Shown here: positions 10,264 to 19,201 of the stretch, in pieces
Numbering within the stretch: position 1 is the stretch's first letter
How the letters are laid out: each line of letters begins with the position of its first letter
Source: an uncultured Gammaproteobacteria bacterium
Lineage (GTDB): Bacteria; Patescibacteriota; Microgenomatia; UBA12405; JAHJSD01
DNA: 64,000 nucleotides
Direction of reading: 5' to 3'
NCBI GenBank assembly: GCA_964428655.1
Contig: CAYRYE010000002.1
Coordinates: 183,156 to 247,155, forward strand
Position numbers and translations under genes: made by a program
Notes under the pieces: generated by a model
The model's input: only the letters and a program-made list of their open reading frames with translations
The model's database searches: none
What the model was told of the DNA's origin: nothing

Positions 10264-11457
10264 TTAAATATCGAAGACTCTTTCAGTAAAACCCAAGCGG
10301 TATTTTCTCGCCCTATAGGCCCTGGAGATAATCATATTTATCAACCAGGTTGAAAAAACAAGAAGAGCGAAAAATAGGACTCCTGTTGCATCCATTTTCG
10401 GCAGTTCGCTCCGTCCCAGATAACCCAAAATGCCGGAAATTACTCCTACCGTGGTAATCACCTGAAGGGAGCGAATGCTAATATTGGTAGTCCTATTCTC
10501 AATCTCAACAATAATTTTAATCGCCGCGGCAAGGTAGTCGCCAGTCATCCGCCAAATTTCCTTAATGTAAGTAAGGGTGTTAGTCAAAACTTCAAATTTG
10601 TACTGGAAAAGGGCAGATAAATCGGATTCTATCTTTAGTTTGCTGGCAATTGAGGCGCGAGTGCGAACATATGAGCCCATTTGATTAATCCGATTGCTTA
10701 TCAGACTAATTGTTTTCTGATAACTATCAAGCTTTCTTCGAACTTGGTTAACTTCCTTACCTCTAATAAAACGCTTTTCTTTAATTGCTGATATCTTTTC
10801 CCAAATGCTTCGATGAATCTCCAAATACTTTTCTAATTGATCTTTAAACTCCCGAAAAAATATCTGCATTCTGACTAAATCTGCCGCCAAAGCCTTTGGG
10901 CGCGTTGAGGTGATAACGAAAATATAACCCGGAGTTTTGTAAACAGTAATGTCATTAGAGCTAATCTTGCTGTAAACTTCACCGAAGTCTTCAATATTTG
11001 GTTTAAATGCGGCAGGATCTTTTAATGGCAAACCAATTACTGTTGGGTGAACTGTTTCAATGTTAGCCAAAACCTTTGGCACCGGCGCTCCTAGAGAAAA
11101 AATGTAGGCAATAGCCGGCTGGAAAATACGATTAAAGTAATCTTCCAATAGTCCCTGTCCCTCCTTAATATCAGTCGTCTCTATTTCTAAAACATAGAGC
11201 CCATCCTCGTAATAGCGGATCTCGATACCATTATTGGCCTCGCCTTTAACAAATTCTAAGTATTCTGCTTCGCGGGTAACTTTTTTCAAATCCATCAGGC
11301 GACGGAATTCTCTTAATTTTTCTTTTGATAGATCTTTCAATCTTGATCGACCCAAAGCCATTAGTTCATAAACTTCGCTTAAATGAAGAGTGGTTCTCTG
11401 ATACCAGCCGCCATAAGTAACTTTATACTTCTTGATTGGTTTTTCGATTTTAGACAT
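10264..11457 (-). CDS. Membrane protein with long helical region and two C-terminal TM helices (CorA-like architecture, no GMN motif)
   Basis: About 397 aa; helical soluble part followed by two hydrophobic segments. Confidence 0.5.
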   Translation of the reverse strand: MSKIEKPIKKYKVTYGGWYQRTTLHLSEVYELMALGRSRLKDLSKEKLREFRRLMDLKKVTREAEYLEFVKGEANNGIEIRYYEDGLYVLEIETTDIKEGQGLLEDYFNRIFQPAIAYIFSLGAPVPKVLANIETVHPTVIGLPLKDPAAFKPNIEDFGEVYSKISSNDITVYKTPGYIFVITSTRPKALAADLVRMQIFFREFKDQLEKYLEIHRSIWEKISAIKEKRFIRGKEVNQVRRKLDSYQKTISLISNRINQMGSYVRTRASIASKLKIESDLSALFQYKFEVLTNTLTYIKEIWRMTGDYLAAAIKIIVEIENRTTNISIRSLQVITTVGVISGILGYLGRSELPKMDATGVLFFALLVFSTWLINMIISRAYRARKYRLGFTERVFDI

Positions 11458-11497
11458 CAATTAAATAATAGCACAACAGTCGAATTGGCACAGAAAT

Positions 11498-13228
11498 TTA
11501 CCAGCTTCCGCCGCCGCCGCCGCCAAAGCCGCCGCCAGATGAACCGCCGCCAAAGCCAGAGCCGCCAGACCAACTGGACTTACCTGAAGGCGAGGAAACT
11601 AAACCAGTGGCAGCGACAGCTTGAAAAGAGTTTAAATCCCTGCTTAAAGTGGCTATCGCGACCCCCTCAAAATATCTTGGCGGTTCAACACCCAATTTGG
11701 CCATATCTTTGGCCAGCTTATTCACCACTCCCAAAGCAATTGCCAAAGGCAGCATTTCTTCTAAAAACAAATGCTTTTCAGCAATCTCTTCCCGCCATTT
11801 ACCCTTACCCAAATACCATTTTAAGCCTTTAGTTTGGCGATGAAGCGAGTAGCCCCAAGCTGTCTTTCGGGGCATAAATTTAGGCCAAATCAAAGCTCCA
11901 ATTACTGATGGGATAAAGAAGGCCATTGGCCCAAGATTGGAAGTAATACCTATAAAAACAATAAGCGCAATAAAAGACAAAACAGACAAGCCCATTGCTA
12001 AACCAAACCAAAGCAGTTTGACTTTTTCCGGACTAACTGGAAAAGCGCCCTTTTTAACTAAACTTTGATAAAGCTCTTTTTTAATTTTTGTCAAATACTT
12101 ATAGAATTTGTTCTTCAATTCAGAAAGCGAAACTTGATTTCCTTGAGCAAATAATCCGTCCAATAAAAGCCGCTGGTATTCCTCTAGTTTCTTAGTATTT
12201 TTATTAATTTTTTCAAATTTATATTTTCTCTTTTTTTCTTTCTTTATTTTAAGATACCCTAACCTTGCCAGTTCAACGATCTCGGCCACTATATCTTGAA
12301 CATCCGCTTTTTCGTCAATAATCACGCCTACCTGAGCTGGAGTAAGATTATCAATTGGATGATAAACCATTGGTAAATGAGGGCGGCTAAAGGCTGAAAC
12401 TGTTTTTTGTTTCCCCTCCTCCAGTTTATAGTAAACATTATCTGACAAATAGCGCTTATCTCTACCTTTCTTATACCAAGCAAGACTCATCAATAAAAAA
12501 GGCATAATTGCCGCCAAGTAACCCCAGTTGTCCGTGATTCCCCAAATGACTCTTTGCAAAATCCCGGGAAATCCAAGTTGATTGTTTTTGTCCAAACCAA
12601 CAACAATTGTAAAGTCTTTGCCATAGACAATTGGCTGGCCAGCTTTAAATTCAGCCTGATTATCAGTAAATTCTGCCTGACAAAACTTTTCTCTAGAACC
12701 TGCTCTACCAGAAAAGCAATCAGTTTTAATAATCTTGGCAAATTCTGATTCCAATTGGGCTGAAGCGCTGCCAATTTGACTAGTCCATTCTGAACCAGTC
12801 ACATTCCAATAAATTTCATCGTAATCTTCAAAGCGCTGGACTACACGGCCGATTCTGTAGGTTAAAATATAAGTTTGATTTCCAATAATAGTTTTATCCG
12901 GGTCGCCGATGCGAATCTTAATACTCTGGTTATAGCGGCTGGTCTTATAAGGAATTGCCAGCTGATTTTCATCTGTTATTGACAAAATCTTTAAATCTGC
13001 CTTGATCGTTCTTCCACCCGCTGAATAGACCACTGGAATCACCCGGAAAATACCATGCTTTTGTTCCAAAAACTCAACCTCGATTCTTTCCTGAACTGTT
13101 AGCGAAGCATCTTGGTTAAGAGTAATTTTAGAATGAAAATTTTTGACCAGATAATCAGTGGCGGCAAAAGAAAAGGCTGGCTTGAAAAAAACTAGAAGCG
13201 CAAGCGCAAAAACAAAAACCTTTTTCAT
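11498..13228 (-). CDS. DUF2207-family membrane protein
   Basis: VQERIEV..KHGIFRVIP, EIYWNVTG, LVELARLGY-like segment, LPLAIALGV and Gly-rich tail SGGGFGGGGGGSW. Start ATG 13228 follows TGTTATCAT. Confidence 0.9.
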   Translation of the reverse strand: MKKVFVFALALLVFFKPAFSFAATDYLVKNFHSKITLNQDASLTVQERIEVEFLEQKHGIFRVIPVVYSAGGRTIKADLKILSITDENQLAIPYKTSRYNQSIKIRIGDPDKTIIGNQTYILTYRIGRVVQRFEDYDEIYWNVTGSEWTSQIGSASAQLESEFAKIIKTDCFSGRAGSREKFCQAEFTDNQAEFKAGQPIVYGKDFTIVVGLDKNNQLGFPGILQRVIWGITDNWGYLAAIMPFLLMSLAWYKKGRDKRYLSDNVYYKLEEGKQKTVSAFSRPHLPMVYHPIDNLTPAQVGVIIDEKADVQDIVAEIVELARLGYLKIKKEKKRKYKFEKINKNTKKLEEYQRLLLDGLFAQGNQVSLSELKNKFYKYLTKIKKELYQSLVKKGAFPVSPEKVKLLWFGLAMGLSVLSFIALIVFIGITSNLGPMAFFIPSVIGALIWPKFMPRKTAWGYSLHRQTKGLKWYLGKGKWREEIAEKHLFLEEMLPLAIALGVVNKLAKDMAKLGVEPPRYFEGVAIATLSRDLNSFQAVAATGLVSSPSGKSSWSGGSGFGGGSSGGGFGGGGGGSW

Positions 13229-13262
13229 TAACCAATGATAACATAGGGCTGGCAATTAGAAA

Positions 13263-13294
13263 CTCCCAGGTGCCAATATCGTTCCACCTGGGAG
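13263..13294. repeat. REP-like hairpin CTCCCAGGTG-N12-CACCTGGGAG
   Basis: Perfect 10-bp inverted repeat in the divergent intergenic region; related cores occur elsewhere in the window. Confidence 0.65.
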
Positions 13295-13360
13295 ATGGAA
13301 CAAATCTCGTCATTTTTAGCACAAGTGGTTCTGGAACCTATGTTATAATAAAAGCTAAAT

Positions 13361-13750
13361 ATGGGAGAAAAAATTATAGTTAGACCAGACGATGTGATCG
13401 CTGTAAGATACAACGACCAGGAAGAAAGTTTAAAATTAATCACATCAATGAGAAGAACTGTCTATCCCCAAAACGACAGGACTGTGCGTGTGATAGAAAG
13501 GATTCGCTTAGTCGAGACTATAAGTGAACGAGGAGTTCCTATTATGCACACTTGGACTAATGAGAGAAGATCTGTTCCTAAATCGCCAAGATTAAGAAGA
13601 GGTTTAATTGAACAAATAGTTTTAAATACAGAGGAAAAACTGACCCTCCCTTCACCCCATAGAAATAGAACAGTAACAATGCATATTAGGTTGGCAGGAA
13701 AAAGGGGCGACAAGCAATTCGAAAGAATTCATTGGTCTTACCAAAATTAA
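13361..13750 (+). CDS. Basic orphan protein (129 aa)
   Basis: ORF preceded by TGTTATAAT (13341-13349). Confidence 0.6.
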   Translation: MGEKIIVRPDDVIAVRYNDQEESLKLITSMRRTVYPQNDRTVRVIERIRLVETISERGVPIMHTWTNERRSVPKSPRLRRGLIEQIVLNTEEKLTLPSPHRNRTVTMHIRLAGKRGDKQFERIHWSYQN

Positions 13751-13818
13751 AAAGAGAATTGTTGAGCGCCCACTAATTTCTACATCTCCTGCAAGCCCCT
13801 ATTGCCCCTGGCTGTTAA

Positions 13819-13847
13819 TTGACAAATAAACAACTAGTCCTTATAAT
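13819..13847 (+). promoter_or_regulatory. Consensus sigma70 promoter
   Basis: TTGACA(13819)-N17-TATAAT(13842). Confidence 0.85.
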
Positions 13848-13864
13848 ACACACTATATTAAACA

Positions 13865-16051
13865 GTGATTATGACTACTGAGCAAAGACAAGAAGAAACC
13901 ATAAGACAAATCCAGTGGAATTTAGGTTTGGCCAATAACCTTCCAAAAATAAGAACAGAAGAAGTTGCTACAACTGGAAAAAGCTCCAGTTACCTCGCTA
14001 CAGAAGACTCATATCATCAACGCGCTATTCTAACAGACCTGAGAGAACATTTAGATGGAAAAGCTAACAGTGTAGGAGTTTTAAAACAGGAAAATACAGA
14101 ACGCTTAGGTCTTCTTTGGCTAATGAGCGCTGACCCAGCCACTCATGAATTAATAATTTCGGCTGTCATAGCGGACGCGAATGCTCCAAGAAGTTATAGT
14201 TATGATAATTACCATGCTCAAAGAGTGGCAGAAACCCTTCTGGGAATAGATCCACAACTTGAAGCCACAAGAGAAGCGCTTAAAAAATCACCGCCGGAAA
14301 AGCCTAATGCTGTAGTGGGAAAAATCATCAGGGCCACATCAATTATGCTTGGCTATCCAGATGAGCTTCTATCCCCCGAGAAAAAACTTCAGCTTCTGAA
14401 TTCAGCCTGGGAATTAGTCCAAGAAACTCAACCAGGCAAAGACCATCAAAAATATCTCAATATTCGCCTATTAAGAAATATGGCAATGGTTTTTGAACAA
14501 CAATTAGATCTTTCACAAATAGATGGATTATCAAGAACGGGTTTTTTGGCTCGGGCAATTTCTATTTCTGAAGCTGATCCAGAAACAGCAAGGGAAATCA
14601 TCAGGCTGGCCACAACTGAAGAGGTTGAAACAGTAATAAGTGCTTCAGGGGACAATGAGAACAAAATTGCTGATTTGGTTGCTGGAATAGAATACGATCA
14701 CAGTGAAGGTAAGGAAGGATTAGCGAATCACACTGAGTTTTTGGCGCAACTTCCTTTCGGTCATTCTAAAATAGTCGGGGCTGTGATAGGAAAAGTAACT
14801 GAATTACAGGCGGTTTTCTGTGAAAATAACCACAATTGGAAAAAAGGGGTTCAACAAACAGATCTAGAAATTCACTACCAAGTTTTGGCCAGACAAATAG
14901 ATTCTGTTAGTGATCAATTAGAAAAACTAGTTACTCCTGAAACACTTCTTGCCATGGCAGAAAGTCACTCCTGGTCTGATGAGCATAGCACAGGAAGAAC
15001 TTCTTACCAAGAAGTCGCTTGTCCAATCATTAGACAATTAACTGAAGCCTCAACTAACAGAGTTCGAAGACAAGCTTACCAAGAAGCTATGGTGCAACAG
15101 AGAGGAAAACCACGCATATCTTACGGTCTCTTATTACTCCTTTTAGACGCAGAAATGCCAAGATTTCTAAAACACAAACAAGGAGATGAACAATTACCAC
15201 GATGGCTGCAGCTACTCAATTCTAAAAGAAGAGAACTATCTTATGAAAAAAAGGCCACTTTAGAGAGAATTAAAGAATCTCTTTACCCAAAGAGCTCATT
15301 TACTTTTGTGGAAGCCTGCCTTACTGTAGGCAGAATTGGCTGGTTAGATCAAATCGAAATTGACAGCGATCATCCCGACCGTGTAAGAGCGGCAGACAAA
15401 ATTGCTCAAAGAGAGTTCGAACAAACAAGAGCTTCCCTAGAAGAATTAACAACTAAATTAGAAGCCGGGGAAAAAGTAGAAGCTGAAAAAGTTAGAACTT
15501 TAATTGTCGAACTTCGCTTAAGCAAGCTTATTGATGCTGGAACCGGAGAGTGGATAACAGAAGCCAGAGAATGGCGCCAAGAAATAGTGGCCCGGTTATT
15601 AATGGCAGAAAAGATTACTTTTGGAATTAAACAAATGGTGGCCACAAACTGCTTCCACTATTTCTTGAATGCTGGTCAGGCTAGAACAATACTAAGAAGT
15701 TTGAGTGCATATGAAAGGCTATCAACAGTCGAGGCGAGATATTGCCACAGAGTAACCACAGGAGAAATTTTGGACGTTTTAACTTCAGGGTGGTTAAAAG
15801 ATACGGCTATTGCTCTCGAGCCTTTGCTAAAATTAAGTCCATCTGAAAGAGAAACTCTTAATAGAGATCGTGAAATCATGCAAAGAGTGACTGAGTGGAT
15901 TAACCAATTATTGACTGGTGACCGTGCAATAGAAAGCCAGGATAAAACCACCCTAAGATTACTGAATAAAGAACCATGGATAACAAAAATCAAAAAGAGT
16001 AGACAATTGAAATGGTCTCAAGTTAAAGCCCTTATTGATCGTAACCGATAA
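13865..16051 (+). CDS. Large helical hypothetical protein (728 aa)
   Basis: Long ORF behind a consensus promoter; no recognisable motif. Start may be ATG 13871. Confidence 0.75.
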   Translation: MIMTTEQRQEETIRQIQWNLGLANNLPKIRTEEVATTGKSSSYLATEDSYHQRAILTDLREHLDGKANSVGVLKQENTERLGLLWLMSADPATHELIISAVIADANAPRSYSYDNYHAQRVAETLLGIDPQLEATREALKKSPPEKPNAVVGKIIRATSIMLGYPDELLSPEKKLQLLNSAWELVQETQPGKDHQKYLNIRLLRNMAMVFEQQLDLSQIDGLSRTGFLARAISISEADPETAREIIRLATTEEVETVISASGDNENKIADLVAGIEYDHSEGKEGLANHTEFLAQLPFGHSKIVGAVIGKVTELQAVFCENNHNWKKGVQQTDLEIHYQVLARQIDSVSDQLEKLVTPETLLAMAESHSWSDEHSTGRTSYQEVACPIIRQLTEASTNRVRRQAYQEAMVQQRGKPRISYGLLLLLLDAEMPRFLKHKQGDEQLPRWLQLLNSKRRELSYEKKATLERIKESLYPKSSFTFVEACLTVGRIGWLDQIEIDSDHPDRVRAADKIAQREFEQTRASLEELTTKLEAGEKVEAEKVRTLIVELRLSKLIDAGTGEWITEAREWRQEIVARLLMAEKITFGIKQMVATNCFHYFLNAGQARTILRSLSAYERLSTVEARYCHRVTTGEILDVLTSGWLKDTAIALEPLLKLSPSERETLNRDREIMQRVTEWINQLLTGDRAIESQDKTTLRLLNKEPWITKIKKSRQLKWSQVKALIDRNR

Positions 16052-16190
16052 TCTTTCTTTTGCTTCACTCCAGGTGTCAAAAGAAAGACACCTCCAAGTC
16101 AACCTTCTTTCACATCATTAACGGAAATTAATGCTGCCCGAAATAATCAAGATCTCATCACTATTAAATTTATTTATTGCATGATGTATA

Positions 16191-16463
16191 ATGACTACGA
16201 CAAGAGGGCGAGGGCACAGACGAAAAAGACAGGTTTGGGTAAGTGTAACAGTACCAAGAGGGGAAGGAGAAAGGTCAAGGCACAAAAGAATGCTTCGTAG
16301 CGAAGCAGCGCGCCCTTGTTTATTGAAAGGACAAAGGGAATGCCCACTTGGGGGCAGGTCTTGTCGTGCCTCCAAAGATGTCTGTCGCCCTGAAATACAG
16401 GAGTCAAGTTCTGACACAGCGATGGAGTTCCGTTCTCTGTACCGGTCCCCACACCGGCGATAA
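16191..16463 (+). CDS. Small Arg-rich protein with four Cys (start uncertain, possibly 16290)
   Basis: PCLLKGQRECPLGGRSCRASKDVCRP; TATAAT at 16187. Confidence 0.45.
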   Translation: MTTTRGRGHRRKRQVWVSVTVPRGEGERSRHKRMLRSEAARPCLLKGQRECPLGGRSCRASKDVCRPEIQESSSDTAMEFRSLYRSPHRR

Positions 16464-16482
16464 CAAAAAACCCTTTACCCCA

Positions 16483-16749
16483 CTAATCTCTTTTTGAATT
16501 TCTTAATTTCTGTTTTTGTTTCCGGCGAAAAATAACCAATCCCAAAATTCCAAAAATTAACAAACTAATTAATAATACTGCGTACTCTAAAAAATAGTTC
16601 TGTTCATTACCAGTAGTAATGTCGTCAAGAGCCGCCCAATCCAAAACAAGAAGAATTAAGATAAGGGCAAACAACAAAAATCTTCTTACTGGAACAGAAT
16701 TGTTATAAGACACCTCTAACCCCAGTACGAACTCTTGGCACCAAAGCAC
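16483..16749 (-). CDS. Small two-TM membrane protein (true start probably near 16695)
   Basis: FLLFALILILLVLDWAALDDITTGNE...YAVLLISLLIFGILGLVIF followed by a basic tail. Confidence 0.65.
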   Translation of the reverse strand: MLWCQEFVLGLEVSYNNSVPVRRFLLFALILILLVLDWAALDDITTGNEQNYFLEYAVLLISLLIFGILGLVIFRRKQKQKLRNSKRD

Positions 16750-16930
16750 ACTGTTGTCCAGATCTCGTGCAAACCATTTCTCTCCTTCCCTTAAACCCTA
16801 CAGACAGTGTCACTTGTCTCCCTCGCTCAGCAGCCTTTCCCGAACTCGACAAGTGTTCACAATCAACCTCTGGTCTCATTGCCGGGCATACCTCTTGCAC
16901 AGGCAACATAATATCAGCCACCTTACCCAC
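16703..16930 (-). CDS. Small basic protein with four Cys
   Basis: VCPAMRPEVDC...MVCTRSGQQCA. A purine-rich SD (AAGAAAGGGGG) lies just after the DUF4349 stop; start is GTG 16930 or 16921. Confidence 0.5.
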   Translation of the reverse strand: MGKVADIMLPVQEVCPAMRPEVDCEHLSSSGKAAERGRQVTLSVGFKGRREMVCTRSGQQCALVPRVRTGVRGVL

Positions 16931-16942
16931 CCCCTTTCTTAT

Positions 16943-17818
16943 TTAAGACTTTTTTCTTTTCCAAAAGTACCAGACAGCCAAAATTGGCAGCCAGACAATA
17001 CTGTAAACAGCAAGCCAAATACCGGCTTTGGCGGCGCTGCGCAGGCTGAGGACTAAAGAACGAACTGCTTGTTTAAAAATAACTTTGGGTCGGAAACTTG
17101 GTTTTTCCGGAGTATAAGGCAAAGACCACTCATCAGTAGAAAAATAAGCAGTCAATTTAGCATTCTCGGCTGTTTTCTTTAAATATTCCTGCTGACCTTT
17201 AAGATTATCAATTTGCTGTTGAAGACTAATTAGCTCCCTTTGGACTCTTAAAATATCATCAATTTTGACTGCCTCATCCATAATTTCTTCGAACTTAGTT
17301 TTGGTTTTATAAAGAGTTTTTAATCGCGCTTCCAGATCAACATATTTGTCAGTCACATCCCAACCCTTCAAATTTTCTGAAGTTACTTTAACTGCCAAAT
17401 CACGCAAATGCTCAAGCGTCGATCTTAGTTCATTACTCGGTACTCGAACTACCAAAGTGGCAAACGGAGCTTCTTGAGGCTGGCTAATTGAAGAAGAAAC
17501 CATATAGCCGCCCTTTTGTTCAATATAACTAATGATTCTGTCAACTTCTTGGCGAACATTATCAACCACCATAGAAATATTTGATTCCTCAGCCACCATT
17601 CGATCCTTGACCTCTGGACTAGGAGCCGTTTCACTCACAGGCATAATTCTTTCGGCCGTTAACAATCCGCCGCCAGCCGCAGGAAGGGCGGCTTCATAAT
17701 TTCCCCTTCTCGCCACCGGCACAATCCCCTGTTGATTTTTAATCAAAAAATAGGCAACAATTAGAAGCAAAACAGCGGTAAGTTTATTATTTTTCAGCCA
17801 TTCAATAAGTTTTGCCAT
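16943..17818 (-). CDS. DUF4349-family protein
   Basis: N-terminal TM, KGGYMVSS, VRVPS, DVTDKYVDLEARL, coiled coil and C-terminal TM. Confidence 0.88.
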   Translation of the reverse strand: MAKLIEWLKNNKLTAVLLLIVAYFLIKNQQGIVPVARRGNYEAALPAAGGGLLTAERIMPVSETAPSPEVKDRMVAEESNISMVVDNVRQEVDRIISYIEQKGGYMVSSSISQPQEAPFATLVVRVPSNELRSTLEHLRDLAVKVTSENLKGWDVTDKYVDLEARLKTLYKTKTKFEEIMDEAVKIDDILRVQRELISLQQQIDNLKGQQEYLKKTAENAKLTAYFSTDEWSLPYTPEKPSFRPKVIFKQAVRSLVLSLRSAAKAGIWLAVYSIVWLPILAVWYFWKRKKS

Positions 17819-18352
17819 TGATTAATTCTAAACCAACATTTATCCTGTTGTCAAATTGACCGGATCGGGAAATACTAACAAATTCTTGCGAAACTAGTAC
17901 AGACCCGTCCACACACAAAATTCTTCTTTACGAAGGATTGTAACACAGTCAACAATGAGAAATTAAGAATCTTTCATTATCCTATAACTTTGACGAAAGA
18001 GGCTTTTTATGATATATTTGGTGTGTAAATTCGGCTTTTCCAGCCGAATCCTTAGTGCCAAAACTTTCTTGACAACCAGAAGCGGTTGGAAAAGAAAAAT
18101 TGAGGGCAAAAGCACTTTGACAATCCCAAAGAGCAATTTTGACAAGTTCACTTTGGATAGAGTTCTTTCTATCTAGAACGAACTTGTCAAAAAAGGGGTA
18201 AAGATTTCTTCTATTTTTAGAATAGAAGAAAGAAAAGACTGTATCCGTAAGGGCTCCCAGGTGCCTGAGAACCTGAGTGTCGTTGGACTCCCTGCTCGGC
18301 AATTGAACGGGCCCAGCCGAGCAGCTAAGAAGAAAGAAAGGGGGGGAAAACA

Positions 18353-18994
18353 ATGGGAAACAAAGCCCGTTTGGCGATCCCCGCGGGGATCGCAATCCTT
18401 TCGCTGGTTCTGCTAACCTATACGCTAGCTTTTAGTGGCACAGCTAGCGCCACTCTGCCCAAGACAGAGTTCGAGTACGACGGGGTCGGAGTGGCCACCA
18501 TTTCCAAAACGGTCAATCCCCCCTTGCAAACAGGAGTGACTGTCAGTAACGTCGCGAAGGGTGTCACTTTCGCCAGGGTAACACCAGGGTTTGCCATACT
18601 TGAGATGGGAGCTCCTTGCCAATACACTGTCTGGATTACACACACCCACACTTGTGAGGAGTGCAAACCGTGGTTCGGAATCCAAGTAGTCACTAACACT
18701 TACACAGAATCACCAATAGTGATCTACTGGGATAAATGGGGAACCGAGCCAGGGCCAGGCGTTTGTGCCTGTCTCGAGTGGAGCTGTTACGCCGGGCCGT
18801 CATTTTGGTTCGGGTTCGACGAAAAAATGGTGTTGGCGGAGATATTTCTTTCCTTGGTAACCAGAAACTGGCCACCAACACCAACGCCGACACCAACGCC
18901 GACACCAACGCCAACGTCGACCCCCATACCAACGTCGACCCCCATACCGACACCAACATCGACGCCGAGACCAACACCCACACCAGAATCATAG
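18353..18994 (+). CDS. Exported protein with Cys residues and a C-terminal Pro-Thr tail; GC-richer than its neighbours
   Basis: Signal peptide, SD AAGGGGGG, IFLSLVTRNWPPTPTPTPT tail. Confidence 0.75.
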   Translation: MGNKARLAIPAGIAILSLVLLTYTLAFSGTASATLPKTEFEYDGVGVATISKTVNPPLQTGVTVSNVAKGVTFARVTPGFAILEMGAPCQYTVWITHTHTCEECKPWFGIQVVTNTYTESPIVIYWDKWGTEPGPGVCACLEWSCYAGPSFWFGFDEKMVLAEIFLSLVTRNWPPTPTPTPTPTPTPTSTPIPTSTPIPTPTSTPRPTPTPES

Positions 18995-19013
18995 AGGGTA
19001 ACCGGCACTCATG

Positions 19014-19045
19014 GAGAGAGCGCCGCCTGGCGGTGCTCTCTCTTC
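19014..19045 (+). terminator. Strong hairpin after the 18353 gene (probable terminator)
   Basis: GAGAGAGCGCCGC-CTG-GCGGTGCTCTCTC forms a 13-bp stem with one G-U pair; the U tail is short. Confidence 0.6.
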
Positions 19046-19201
19046 GGGGATCAGTCGGAAAGCAGAATTATCCCCGCAATGCGGGGAAAAACATTTTTAC
19101 TTTTTGGACATCCGGCTCTTTGGGACTTTTCATCTGAACTTAACTATAAAGGTTGAGGATAGATAAGAAGATAGTAATTGCTCAGGTGTCTAATCTATTT
19201 G

